A stretch of 64,000 nucleotides of DNA, from the NCBI RefSeq assembly GCF_009914755.1, contig NC_060942.1; one strand, written 5' to 3'. This stretch comes from the human T2T-CHM13v2.0 reference genome, Homo sapiens. Made by a program: the position numbers and the translations under genes. Shown piece after piece: positions 15,050 to 32,728 of this stretch; position 1 is the first letter of the stretch, and each line of letters begins with the position of its first letter. The notes beneath the pieces were generated by a model that saw only the letters and a list, made by a program, of their open reading frames with translations, had not been told where the DNA came from and ran no database searches.

Positions 15050-16165
15050 TCTCACAAAGCCAGTAGCTCGGGAGACCCCAAGAGCGGGCCAGAAACGACC
15101 TTTCCGTTGGAAAACGGGCCCCTCTCCCACCTGCTGCAGGTCCCCGGACCCGCCCTCCTGCGCCTCGACCACAGGCGCGGCCGCTTCCTCCCTTCTCCCC
15201 GCCCCCCACCCGCTTCTCGCGCCTCCCCTCGATCCCAGCTCCCTAGGGGGACGGGAGATGAGCAATGATACCTGGAGGTTGGGCGAAGTGGATGACATGG
15301 CGGAGTTCCCAGGCGGTTCCCAAGGGAACGAGGGGCGAGGAGAGCCAACAGCAGCAACGTCGAAGCGCGCACGGGGTAACAGCCCTCAAACTGGGGAGGC
15401 CGGTGGTTCTCGGACCGCGAAGGGCAGCCTCCCTTCCGGAACTTGTTTTAGACAACACTCTCTCCACCAGAGCTCCGACCCTCCCCACCAAACTTCCGCA
15501 ATCCCGAGGCCCTCTAGGTTCTGGTCCCGCCTCTGCTCCGGGCACTTCCGATTTCGTCATCAGCACGCGCACCCAGTCACCAGACTCCCTTCTCTAGCCA
15601 CAGCGCAGGCCCTCCCTGGGCCGGGAGAAGTAGCCTGGAAGCCAATCGAGCCCTGGCGGAAGTCGGGCTCGGCGCAGGCGCACTGAGACTCTGGCCTAGG
15701 CGCGGGCGGCAGCCTGGCAGACCTAGGAGAGCGCAAGCGCGGAAGCACAGAGCCGGGTTTTGTTGTTTGTTTGTTCCCCACCCCCGGGGACGTCTTTTAC
15801 TTTGAGATGAATTATTGGCCCCGGCTCCCTTCCCTCCTCATCCACATGCTTTGTTGCCTCGTAGCTTTTGAGTGAAAAAGTCGTCCATTTCCAAGACCCG
15901 CCGACTGGGGGCTTTGGGCCTGTGACTGCGCCTTCACTCCGTGTCCTCTGTGGAATGGGGGCGATCACCGTCCTCGTCTCGGTGGTGAATAATTCAGGAG
16001 GGAGTGCGCGGTGAGGCGGCCGCACAGCGGTGCGCTAGCAGTCAGGCCGCGGGCGGGTCGGCGCTCGTTCCCGCTTGTTCTTCCCACGCCACTCGGCATC
16101 TTCCAAATGACTGTTGTGTTGGGAAGATGAATGTAAATAAGGCGTGGACGGCCGCTGTCCTCGAG
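15050..16165. promoter_or_regulatory. CpG island / TATA-less housekeeping promoter of VPS4B
   Basis: High GC and CpG density around exon 1. ETS/GABP cores cacttccg (15543-15550) and cggaagt (15657-15663); CCAAT box agccaatcgag (15640-15650); NRF1-like gcgcaggcgca (15672-15682) and gcgcaagcgc (15731-15740). Confidence 0.85.
15272..15298 (-). CDS. VPS4B: VPS4B coding exon 1 (MSSTSPNLQ)
   Basis: Kozak context gccATGt; peptide equals the VPS4B N-terminus; donor CAG/gtatca starting at 15271. The 5' UTR extends towards ~15.5 kb; the exact TSS cannot be determined from sequence. Confidence 0.96.
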
Positions 16166-16920
16166 TATGTGGTCTGAGAGGGAAGCACTTGTCCTGTAAA
16201 ATGGGCATATCAGATATTATTTATGCCAGTTATGTTTACAAGCAAATGGCTTGAGGAGGTTGAATGCGTCAGGGATTAGAGGCAGAACCAAAGTAAAACC
16301 CTTTCTCAGCCTTCCTATGGTTTGCAGCCACCACCACCCTTTTCTTCTTTTCATAGTTAACATTCTCAAAGGAAAGCAACATAGATGTTTAATCACTCCA
16401 TCATTTTTTTCTCACTCATTTCTTAATTTTTTCTCATCTGGCATCTCCGAAAGAATTAAAGTCCTCTCCTCTTCCCTCTTCATTGGTATTGTCAACTACC
16501 CAGTTCTTGTTTGTCCAGCTTCCCAATATTCCTTATCTGCTTCCTTCACTGTCTCCCTTTCTTACTCCTCCCTGAGCTTAAGCTGAATTTACTCAAGAGT
16601 CTGATGTCCTCTTCTCTCTTCACCTCTGCTCATCTTACTCTCTTCTTGAGCTTCAGCTATCAATAGACTAGAAATTGCTTCAAATCTGGATCTCTAGACC
16701 CACCCCATCCCCAGCCCAGCATTTACAACAGCCTCCCAGAGGTTTCCTTCACAGGGTTTTTCTGCAAGACAAATTCAACATACTCTAATTAATTACCTTC
16801 TACCCTAAACTTCTTTCTCTGGTCTCTCCTTAGAATAGTATTGCCAAATCTGTATCATCCAGGCTCGAAGCACAGAGCCCTCTCTCTGCCCTGCATCTAC
16901 CCGTCCTTTCTTCCCACTTG

Positions 16921-17695
<775 letters not shown>

Positions 17696-17696
17696 T

Positions 17697-18178
17697 TATC
17701 ACCAGTAATAAGCCATGTTGTTATGATGGAACCCCTGATGTGGAGAAGGGCACATTAGCTCTGTGGTATGCTTCCCAAACCTGTAACCTCAATCTAATCA
17801 TGAGAAAACATCAGAAAAATTCATATGGAGGGTTTTTCTACTTCTACAAAATAACCAGTGCTCCTCAAAAATGTCAAGATCATAAAAGACAAGGAAAGAC
17901 TGAGGAACTGTCACAGATTGTAGAGACTAAGAAGATGACAACTAAATGCAGTATGGGATTCTGGATTGGATCCTGAAACAGAAAAGGGCCATGAGTTGAA
18001 AAACTGTTGTAAGAATGAGAATAAAGTCTGCAGTTTAGCTAATAGTATTTTATCAATGTTAATTTCTTATTGTTGATAAATGTACCATGGTTATTTAAGA
18101 TGTTAACAGTAGGGGAAATTGGGTGAAGAATATATGGGAATTCTCTGTATACCTTTGCAACTATTCTGTAAGAGTTTA
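17697..18178 (+). mobile_element. L1MC/MD 3' end
   Basis: aatctaatcatgagaaaacatcag, gactgaggaactg, atgacaactaaatgca, ctttgcaactattctgtaag. Confidence 0.75.
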
Positions 18179-18179
18179 T

Positions 18180-18495
18180 TTTTAATTTTTATTTGTGTAT
18201 TTATTTTTATTTTTTTTGAGACAAAGTCTCGCTCTGTCACCCAGGCTGGAGAGCAGTGGCACAATCTCGGCTCACTGCATCCTCCACCTCCCATAACAAT
18301 TCTCCTGCCTCAGCCTCCCGAGTAGCTAGGATGACAGGCGTGTGCCACCATGCTTGGCAAATTTTTTGTGTTTTTGTAGAGATGGGGTTTTGCCATTTTG
18401 TCCAGGCTGGTCTCGAACTCCTGTCCTCAAGTGATCTGCCTGCCTCAGCCACCCGATGTGCTGGGATTACAGGCGGGAACCACCACACCCAGCCT
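18180..18495 (-). mobile_element. Alu (AluJ/S)
   Basis: Reverse Alu; tgtaag on both flanks. Confidence 0.9.
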
Positions 18496-18696
18496 GTAAG
18501 TATTATTTTAAAAGGAAAATTTTTCATTTTAAAATTCCTATTCCCTGGGACCTTACATTTTAGTGGAGTAGAAACTTTTAACCGTTTACATATTTAAAAT
18601 GTAAATATGTTACATGTGTAAGAGTTTTGCATACATTATCTTATTGTATACGACAAGGTAAATCTTAAGTATCCCATTTTTACAAAAGAGGAAACA

Positions 18697-19015
18697 GGCC
18701 AGGCGCGGTGGCTCACACCTGTAATTCCAGCATTTTGGAAGGCCAAGACTGGCAGATCATGAGGTCAGGAGATTGAGACCATCCTGGCCAATATGGTGAA
18801 ATGCCATCTCTACTAAAAATACAAAAACTAGCTGGGTGTGGTGGCACATGCCAATAATCCCAACTACTCGGGAGGCTGAGGCATGAGAATCACTTCAACT
18901 CAGGAGGCAGAGGTTGCAGTGAGCCAAGATCGTGCCACTGCACTCCAGCCTGGCAACAGAGCAAGACTCCATCTCAAAAAAAAAAAAAAAAAAAAAAAAA
19001 GAAGAAGAAGAAGAA
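18697..19015 (+). mobile_element. AluS inserted in a MIR (~18620-19120)
   Basis: TSD aaaag(a)ggaaaca; MIR core cccatttttacaaaagaggaaac...gagctggagtttgacccaggtcttctgactcca. Confidence 0.9.
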
Positions 19016-19648
19016 AAAGGGAAACAGCCTCAGAGGTATCAGTAGAAATCCCCCCCAATTCATTCAGCTTTTATATGGCAGAGCTGGAGTTTGACCCAGG
19101 TCTTCTGACTCCAGGGTGACAAGTGCTAGGATAGAGGCAGGAAGTCCTGTGGGACCACAGGAGAGAGAAGGCTTAATTTTGAATGAGTGGTTAGGGATGT
19201 CTTAGGGAAAGTTCACTTAAACTGAAGTTTAAAATCTTAATCTGATTTTGACGGAGTGCAGGCCATTTCAGGCAGAAGGAAAAGCAGAAATAAAGGCGCG
19301 GAAGAATAAAGTACCTGCTCTGAGGGATCCCTGGAATGTAGGAAGCAGAGGCACTGTGGGGTTGGAGTGGCAGGAGATGAAGCTAAAAATACACCAACTG
19401 GCACTGCCAGTTAGAGGCTTGGAATAAGGAGTTTGGACATTATTCTGTAAGATAATGTTGAAAGCTTCCCTCTTCATTCTGTCACTACCTCCTGCTTTTC
19501 TGTCTTCCTGTCTTCCTTCTTGGTAGAGTTGTGATTTGGTCAGATGTTGGTTTCATGAAGGTGGATCTGACAGTCCTTTTAGGATACACCAGAAAGAGAG
19601 AGGAGGCAGTAAGATCAAATGGGAGGTTCCTGCAAGTGTTTCATTTTA

Positions 19649-20065
<417 letters not shown>

Positions 20066-21043
20066 TCACCAATTCAACCTGTTAAAATCATACTATTCCT
20101 CAAGTGTCAGTTCCAATGTCACTTCTTCAGGAAACTTCTGAAATCTCTCTGAGCTCTCATCACACTTTGGACCTTGAATTGCTCTTAAATCACACATGCC
20201 AAGTGCCTAACACAGTGCCTGGTGCAGAGCAGATGCTCAAAAATTGTTGATCTTACTAGCACAGTGTTCTACTTTTCTCGATGATAAAATCCCCAAGGGC
20301 TAAGACTTCATTTTATTCCATTTACAACCTACTCCCCCTGCCTTACCACCTACAAGTACAAAGAGGGTGTGTTCTTAAATAGCTAAGGTTTGTTGAACAA
20401 AATGGAGTTTCCCTGCTGTGATCAAGGACTTCAGAAACTAGGAAGGTCAGTGGGATGGCAGGTGGTGTTTGTGTATTCAGCCTTCGATAGGATCTCACAT
20501 GCAGACCACCCAGGACTGAATTCATTTCACTCAGACCATGTTAAAGGACATGCATAATATTAATATTAAGGTCGTCCCCTCATGTGCACCCAGAAGTCAA
20601 GTCTCTACTTGTTGAGTTTTCAGCTTCCTCCCTGACCCGAAACATAACTTGAAGGAAGGCAAAGTACTGACAGGGCTGATCCCATGAAAGTGACTCAGGC
20701 AGTTGTCAGGCAGGAAGCTGGTTGAGCCCATCAGGTTACATTCCTTTCTGAATGTGCTCAGCTACCTTGAAGGCCCAGCCCTTTCTCACTTATTGCTATT
20801 CATTTTATTCATATGAAGCCACAGCCAGCTTGTGGACTGATAAGGAGGTGTGGGAATCAACCCATCAATGTCATTCATTCAGCCATGTGATGGAGGGCGT
20901 GGGGATGAAGCAGCAATTCCTCATTGCTAGTCATATAAGGGTGAACATGACATAAGGCATTAGCACAGAAGAAAAGACGACGGGTCTGCCCTCAAGAAGT
21001 TTGCAGGCTAGAATAAAAAAACAGAAGAAAGAAGTTTTTTTAG

Positions 21044-21512
<469 letters not shown>

Positions 21513-22107
21513 TTCTTTTTACTCATATTTTCACCTGCAGTTGGTTGAGTCTGTGGATGTGGATTTATGGATTTATATGCTTTATAAAAGCATATAAAAC
21601 AAGGTATTCTTCTGTTGTATGTGTTGCACATATTTTACCTGTTAGTATTTGGGTCATTACTTTTTTGGCATGAAAATTTATTATTCTTTTTCTTTTTTGC
21701 TGTGTTGAGAAAGAGCTTACCCACTAGTAGATTATTTAAAACAACAACATCATACCTTTATCTTCTTCCAGTGTGTTCAGGGTTTCACTATTGCATCTAA
21801 ATCTTTGACTTGTCTGGAATTTATTTTGGTGTTTTATTTATTCCAAATGAGTAGCCAATTGTTCCAATATTATTTAGTTAACATTCATCTTTTCTTCACT
21901 CATTTGAAAGGGCAGCCCTTATTGTGTACCATTTTCTCACAAGGATTTGTCTGAATTCTTGATGATGTTTTAACTATTCCTTTTAACCACCTATTCTTAC
22001 TCCAACAAAACTTATTACAATGGCTTTATAATACATTTCAGTATCTTGTGAGACTGCCCAATTTCTTCTAAGCAGAATGCAACACTAGTTAAGGGCTCAG
22101 TTTCTGA

Positions 22108-22425
<318 letters not shown>

Positions 22426-22765
22426 ACCTTCAGAATCTTGACTCTAGCACATAGTAGGCAATTACTCAATCTCTCTAAACTGCTGTTTCTGCATCTGTAA
22501 AATGGGGGTGGTATTACTCTCTGTCTACTGGGGCTACATGAGAATTAAATGAGATTAGAACATCACAGAATTGGGCTCAAAACATAGTTAACACTCATTA
22601 AATGTTTGCTATCAAAAATTTTCAGAATAGTTCAGATTTTTCTTACATTACTTTTCCACATGAATTTTAGTATTATTTGTCAAATTCCACCTAAAACATT
22701 TATTTATTTTGTAATTGAATTGATATATTAATTCAGAGTAGATGGACACATCGTTATAGAAATGA

Positions 22766-23105
<340 letters not shown>

Positions 23106-23499
23106 TTTCTTGTATGCTTCTTAGCAGTGTTTTATATTTTTCTTCACATGGTTTCTGAACATTTGATTTGGATTTATCTCTAGGAATTTCACTGTGCTAT
23201 TGTTGCTATCACAAGTAATATATTTTCTTCCCATATTTTCTAGCAGATTATGGTTTATATACAGGAGACCATGAATATATGCAGGTTGATTTTGGCAGAC
23301 ACTTTGTTGCTAATAGATCATCTACCTGTTCTCTGAGGGTTTCTAGGCAAATGATGAAAACTTCTGCAAACAATGATACCTTTGCCTCTTTCCCATACAA
23401 AGTTAAAAGTGTCAAGAATAGACATCCTTATATTCTCCCAAAGTTTAAAGAAAATCCTTCTAGTGTCTTATGAAGAATCATTTAACACATGAAATATGA

Positions 23500-23787
23500 T
23501 TATATTAGTTTTCTATTACTGCATAACAAATTAGCACAAACTCAGTGGCTTAAAACGACATACTTTTATCGTCTCACAGTTTCTGTGGATCGGGAAGCCA
23601 GGCCCAGCTTAGCTATGTTGTGTGCTCAAGGTCTCACAAGGCTGAGATCAAGGTGTAGGCTGGGATGCATTTTCATCAGTAGGCTCAACTAGGGATGGAT
23701 ATGCTTCCAACTGCCTATGATTGTTGTCAGAATTCATTTCCCTGGAGCTGTAGAATTCATGACAGCTGATAACCTGCTTCTTGAAAG

Positions 23788-23828
<41 letters not shown>

Positions 23829-24104
23829 CATGCACACACACGCAGAGTTTCTGCTGCTTCAAGTCTCTTACTTTAGGGAAAGCTCATACCCTCTTTAAAG
23901 GGCTCACCTGACTAGGTAGGACTCACTGAGGATAATCATCCTTTTGATGAATTCAAAATCAACTACTTAGGTGCCTTAATTACATCTACAAAATCCTTTC
24001 ACCTTTGCCATATTCTATTGGTTTGAAGCAAGTCACGGGTTCTGCCTGCACTCAAGGAGAAGGAAATTACACAGAGGTATGACTTACTGGGGTGTATCTG
24101 CTAC
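23500..24104 (-). mobile_element. MLT1 (MLT1E-like) MaLR LTR
   Basis: attagttttctattactgcataacaaattagcacaaactcagtggcttaaaac is the reversed MLT1 3' end; ctattggtttgaagcaagtcac...ctaca at the other end. Confidence 0.75.
23789..23842. repeat. (CA)n microsatellite
   Basis: About 16 perfect CA units followed by interrupted units. Confidence 0.95.
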
Positions 24105-24997
24105 AGTAATATTTCAGAACACATCTCTATAAAGGAGATAGGAAAAATTAATATTCTGCTCTTAACATAAGAGAAATGTGTAAGATTTCATATTCTAAAT
24201 GCTATGCTCACAAGCAACTATAAAATTTTTGTTGGTGCTATATAGATGTGAATATGTAATTTACATTTTATAAGACTAAGACAACTGTTGCATTTATTTA
24301 GATATCAACAATAGATAATAAAAAAGAGGAGTGACCAAAGGCAGATGCTTATAAAGAAAGGTAAAGCACTGCCTTGGGACATTGTATGGAGGGGAAGCAT
24401 TTGGTTTAGAAAAGAGGAATTAGTTTTCCATATCTTGGAAATATGCTGACCAATACATATTCCAGCAGCAAAATTCATCTGGATCTACAAGCTCTTATTG
24501 TCCACTGAGTGCCTCTTCTCCAGAGTAACTCATTCCAGTTGTCTTTTGGATTGGCAAAATTTGGAGTGCCAAGATTGCTGTCACTAAATCAACACGCAGA
24601 TCTAGGGTGAGAGTATTGGAGTGGAATCATTTTTATTCCAAAAATCCACCTCTTTATTTCTCATGGACTAGTTTCAGGAGAATTTAGGTTCAATTTCAGG
24701 AGTCCCCCCAGCACCAAATGGTACAATCTCCTAAATAGCAACAATGCCATCATCAGGCTAATGATTGGCTACATGAGCAAAGGAATTTTGCATATCATTG
24801 TCTAACTGCATATTTTCCCAGGAATTATAGTCTACATTAGTTGTTCATTGTCTGATTTGATTGCTAAATCAAGTCAACAAGATTAAGCAGAAATAAGTGA
24901 AGACATCATAAGAGTAGGAATTATGTATCAGAGAGGGCTCAAATATGATGCCTATAATGTTTGTTTAGTAATTTTTTTTCCTGAAAATTGTATAATG

Positions 24998-25143
24998 CTC
25001 TCTTACTCTGTCACCAGGCTAGAGTGCAGTGGTACGAACATAGATCATATCTCACTGTAGCCTGGAACTCCTGTGCTCAAGCCATCCTCCTGCCTCAGCC
25101 TCCCAAGTAGGAGGGATGAGAGGTGTGCAGCACCATGCTCAGG
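24998..25143 (-). mobile_element. FAM/FRAM-type Alu monomer
   Basis: Diverged single right-arm-like monomer. Confidence 0.65.
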
Positions 25144-25157
25144 TCCTTCACTTTTTA

Positions 25158-25658
<501 letters not shown>

Positions 25659-27048
25659 TCAGGAAAAAAATAAGCTGTGGTTGTGGTTTTGTGTGGAACA
25701 CACAGAGAAGCCTTATGATTTAATTACTAGCTAAACTTTTAGTAAACGGCCCTTAGGTAAATTTTTGAGTAACAGATTAGGGTAATACTCTGGGTAGTAG
25801 GAAGTAAGGAAACAGGACTGGGGGCCGCTGAAAAAGGTCACCCCAATTGGAACCTTAAGATTGAAAATCAGCTGGTTACCTTCTTTGTAATTTATCAGTT
25901 TCCCTATGAAAAACCAAAAATTGCCAAACTTCAACAATGTTTTATTAGAAGTTGCTGTTTCAGGGCACTTGAAGGTCAATATTTTAAGTACATAAGACAT
26001 TCAATACTCCTATTTATGCTTTAGCTGTAATAATGTTGGGCTTTGAAATCAAAACATGGGATAGAATTCTTATTTATATGTGTAAATAGATGTGAACCCT
26101 GGGACTCAAAGAAGAGATGATAGAATTCATGGCACAGCTGTGTTAGAACCAATAATGGTTTTCAATCACTTGGTCAGATAGTGTTAGTTGAGACTCTGTC
26201 AGGTATGCAGCACTTAAATTTGATGTTTAAGAGAAATGAGTCCCAGACAGAAGTCAAACATGGCCCCTTCTTGAAAACTTCTAAAACGACTGAAAAAATA
26301 AAGCAGATATATACCGAAGGCAGTCTTTATGGGTCAAAACGAATGATAAATACATTTTACGGCTTATAAGTTGTAAACAAGCAGTGAGAGATGTTGGTTT
26401 CAGTGATCATGGAAAGGGCTGGGCCTGAATTATGCCTAGAGAAGAAACTGGATACAATGAAAGAATTTACTTATTCATGTAAAGGCACTCGGTGCTACCA
26501 AAGAGAGTTGTCTTTTCATATTATTCAAATTGTAATTCCAAAATGGAAGTCTTGGAAGCCCAAATGTTTACTCATAATCTTGGCCAAATTCCACCTTGGA
26601 GGAGTAAGTTAAAAACCACAGCCAATTCAATTATTTAATTTCACTGTATTAAACCTCAAGGTTGCCAAATGATCTCATTACCAAATTATATCCTAAGGTT
26701 GTCCTGGGAAAATAAGCTCTTCTATGCCAGACAAACTATTCCCAAGGGCAATTCTTGGCCAGTGATATTTTCGAAGTTGCAAAATGGCTGTGTTTTTCAT
26801 TGGAAAATTCCATCCTCCGCCCCTGGTCCTCTTGGAGAATTCTGTAGCTTACCTAACCTAGCACAACAAAGCATTGGGCCAAAGAGTATCATGCAAAACA
26901 CACTCAGTAACATGTGAATGACCACTAGTTGCAGTCTGAAAAACAAATTTGTCATAGATTTTGTAAAGATGCAAATTGGGTCTGCAAAAATCATATGAGA
27001 AACAGTGGATTCCAGTATTAATCACAAGTGCCTGTCATATAGTCTGGT

Positions 27049-27348
27049 TTTTTTTGTTTTTGTTTTTTTGAGATGGAGTCTCGCTCTCTTGCTCAGGCGG
27101 GAGTGCAGTGGCACAGTCTTGGCTCACTGCAACCTCCGACTCCCAGGTTCAAGCAATTCTCCTGCCCCAGCCTCCTGAGAACTGGGATTACAGGTGCGCA
27201 CCATCATGCCCGGCTAATTTTTGTATTTTTGGTAGAGACAGGGTTTCACCATGTTGGTCAGGCTGGTCTCGAACTGCTGACCTCATGATCCGCCCACCTC
27301 AGCCTCCCAAAGTGGTGGGATTACAAGTGTGAGCCACCACACCCAGCC
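27049..27348 (-). mobile_element. AluS
   Basis: TSD tcatatagtct. Confidence 0.92.
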
Positions 27349-28698
27349 TCTCATATAGTCTTATGATTAGGCATTCACAGGTTATTAAAATGCTGTAGTA
27401 AGAGATGTTATGCTTGGGAACATTACCAATAAAGACATGAAAAGACAGAAATGTTTTGCTTTCACTCCTTGTGTTTTAGGGCTCATTTTTTCCAATGGAG
27501 GGACTTTGTAGTAGCAAAAGGTTCAGGTTCCCTCTTAAAAGAGAAAATATACTACCCCTATCAAGGTAAGGAATACCCCTAAGCAAAGTAGTCTTATTGT
27601 GCCAGGGACAAGTGAGAAACTCCAGGAAAGGGATATTATAAGAGCCCCTAAGGGGTTGATTTAGGTCAGGGGAAATGTATACCTTGGAGGGAGATGGAAA
27701 CATTAACTTGTTTAGAAGTTGGCTCTCTTCAAAGACCCCAGAGTGTAAAGTATCATGTAATTGATCCAAGTGGCCAATATGTCAATCAACAAATCTAAAT
27801 TGAGTTGACTATTATGTGAAAGGTACCTAACTCTCCAAGCTCCTTCTAAATTTCCCTAAAAGGGCAGCATTGGGCATTGATTGTCTAACTCATGAGTATT
27901 AACAACACAGATATATTTTAGAAGTACCAACAGTGACATTGTAATTTTATGGTGTTGTGTCTACACATTGTAATGTTGTGCAAAGAGCTCTCTCTGGAGT
28001 CCAGAAGTCCTAAGTTCTAAGCCTGCCTCTTCCACTCAACAGCTTTGGTGCCTTTCTCAGAGAGTAAAGGAAGGGGTTTGGATGAAAGGAGTCTGATGGA
28101 ATCAGAAGACTTCAGTTCTATACTCAGCTATCCCACTGCCTTACCTTTTGACTTTGGGAAGGTCACTTAGCTTCTCTCTTTTGTCTTTAGTTTGCTTGTC
28201 AGTGAAGAGAAAAAGCTACATCACCTCTAAGTTATCTTGCTGCTTTAAATCAGTCCCTTGAAGCAGAAAATAATTATATCACTTGAAATTACTGTGGATG
28301 CTTAAAGTTGCACCTATGCTTTTATGCCTGCCTCTTGAGACTCCATGGTATAACAGAAAGTATTAGAGATTTTGAAGTGAGACTCAAGAACAGGCAATTA
28401 CCTGGCTCATAGCAGACACTCAGTAACTGGTGGTGCTTTTTATTTTTACCTCTATGAACTACTTGATGCCAAGGTGTAGCATTATTCCTATGGGAAAATA
28501 AAGTAGACCGTATAACAGTCTCCTGTTTCTAGGGCATCACTGCGGCAGACACAGCATAATGCTATCTTATGTAATGTAGACTGTCAGGTATGAAATTGTA
28601 GGGAAACTTATTAATGGAGCCCAGTACTTTACAAAGGTATTGAATGTTACCTTTGTAAGGTCTCTCACTCAGATCTTGCAGTGAATTCTGACACTTAA

Positions 28699-29403
<705 letters not shown>

Positions 29404-29762
29404 TAGTTCATTTATCCCATTTGGAGCACCTGTCATTTGCTATTCTCGGACCTGGGACTTCTTGTTGGCACTCAGAAATGAGCATTCATTCGTGGTGTTT
29501 CCAGCTTTCACAGTTTCACAGGGAACTCCCTGTGTAGGGCATGATCCCTATTTTCAAAGAGCTTACAATCTATTCACATATGGAGAAATAAGCAATACAC
29601 AATCCTGTGTAATAACGGCGAGTAGTGTTACAAGCAGGAACTTCAGGAAGGAGAAGAGACTGTTTTGGGCTGGGCTGGGCTGGCTACTAAGAGGAATTCA
29701 TTACTGAGCTGCCTCTCGGTAGTGGGAGAGGAGAAGCTGGGCTTTTCAAGAGCAGAAAGGCA

Positions 29763-29817
29763 GGGGCCAAGGTGGGTGGCAGGATGGGGCCAAGGTGGGT
29801 GGCAGGATGGTGCCAAG
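29763..29817. repeat. 23-bp G-rich tandem repeat (2.4 copies)
   Basis: ggggccaaggtgggtggcaggat twice, then ggtgccaag. Confidence 0.9.
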
Positions 29818-30136
29818 AATGTGGTCTGTGGAGATTCTTCCCTAGAGAAGTTTTAAAGAAAATTATTTTCCAATCAATTCATAAGCTCATCTCTGCTGTG
29901 GACATTCTTTTTACTCTAACCCAGAGAAGAAAAGCAGGTATCAGGTACTGGATGCCTGAGCCTGGCTAGACCACATAGCGACATTAAGTCCCGTTTCATC
30001 ACCAGTTAATGTCAATATCATACGGTTAGTGTGACAGCTAAGATGCAGCATGTGACGATACTGAGAGGCCGCAGGTTCTTGATGAAGAAATATGTATATG
30101 ACAAGTTGGGATTGGGATATATTTATCTCTGTAATT

Positions 30137-30456
30137 TATTTTTATTTATTTTATTCATTTATTTATTTATTTTTTGCAATGGAGTCTCGCTCTGTCTCCC
30201 AGGCTGGAGTGCAGTGGTGCGATCTTGTCTCCTGCAACCTCTGCCTCCCAGGTTCAAGCGATTCTTGTGCCTCAGCCTCCCAAGTAGCTGGGACTACAGG
30301 TGCACGCTGCCATGCCTGGCTAATTTTTTGTATTTTAGTAGAGACAGGGTTTCACTGTGTTGCCCAAGCTGGTCTCGAACTCCTGAGCTCAGGCAATCTG
30401 CCCGCCTCGGCCTCCCAAAGTGTTGGGATTACAGGCGTGAGCCACTGCGCCTGGCC
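30137..30456 (-). mobile_element. AluS
   Basis: TSD tatctctgtaatttatt. Confidence 0.92.
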
Positions 30457-30475
30457 TATCTCTGTAATTTATTAA

Positions 30476-30780
<305 letters not shown>

Positions 30781-30965
30781 ATCTTATATAATTTTATATA
30801 AGCATTTATTTTCAAATTAATGCGCATACTTATGTGAATAAATCTAAACAAATAGGTTTCCTAGCTCTTTTTTTTCTGAAATATTTCTGTGATGGATTGA
30901 AAGAAATTTAAAAAATAATTTTAAAGAAATCTTATCAAATGTTTTAGCTCTGAAAACAGAAAATT

Positions 30966-31928
<963 letters not shown>

Positions 31929-32728
31929 GCAATCAAGAACCCTGAGCAATGGCAACATGAACTGAAGCTAATTCATGATCCAAATATTACTAAATGGTTC
32001 CAAGGAGAAGCAGTATCTAGAGACAGTTAGCTTCAGATGAGTAACTGCCATGAAGAGCATTCTGACACAACGTGAAATATTGACTTCCAGGTCAACCTTT
32101 TGTTATAAATATTCTGTACAAATGACAGGATAAAGCTCCTTTATAAATAAAGTAATTACCTCAGAAAATTTAAGAATTTCACTCTTCTGTGTCTAGTGGT
32201 CTGACAAAGGAATTAAAATTATTTTAAAAATTGTGATTCAAAGGGTTTTAGAAAAAAATAAAAGCAGTTCAAATACTGTTGCTCCTTTTAATGGTTTTTT
32301 TTTTTTTTTGGTCATTGGATCAATCCCCAAATACCAGTTTCATCTGCAAATTTTAAAGAAATTCTCCCACTCTTGAATTAATTTTATTTTCTTAGTTCAG
32401 TCAATCTATCTCTTAATTAACTAACAATCCAGAATGTATTAAAGACAATCTGTATTCGTTAGTTTTCCAGTTTTTTGGTCTTAAGTGTGGTAAGAATGCC
32501 CTCTACTGGCAATGCCCCGAAAATACAGTTCTCTATCCGTGCAGCTGGAACAGGGGGATTCAACGGTAAGCAGCTTGCCTTTCCTTGTAGCCTTCCTTGA
32601 AAATTGCCAGAGGTAGTAGGCTCAGGGCTAGCAACACCGAAAGGCACAGATTAGGAAACCCACTGTGAAGTAAGCCTTGGCCCACAGCCCTCTGGGTTGA
32701 ATTGAAAAACGCTTACTTCTCTACAGAG

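Noticed and set aside
15262-15271. Intron 1 donor gtatcatt resembles the U12 consensus GTATCCTT
   Set aside because: Mismatch at +6 and no properly spaced TCCTTAAC branch site before the exon 2 acceptor; treated as a U2 intron.
14957-15298. 113-aa ORF starting at the VPS4B ATG
   Set aside because: Only the first 9 codons are exonic; the rest is read-through past the GT donor at 15271 into intron 1.
15243-15572. Possible out-of-frame upstream ORF (ATG at 15560, minus strand)
   Set aside because: The ATG lies among core promoter motifs, probably at or upstream of the TSS; inclusion in the mRNA cannot be supported from sequence.
14802-15686. 294-aa plus-strand ORF antisense to VPS4B exon 1
   Set aside because: Runs through the GC-rich CpG island where stops are scarce; low-complexity P/R/S/G composition and no recognisable domain.
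24300-24900. Unique-looking stretch checked as a possible pseudogene or coding relic
   Set aside because: The frame I translated by hand is interrupted by stops and resembles no protein I recognise; the ORF track lists nothing here.
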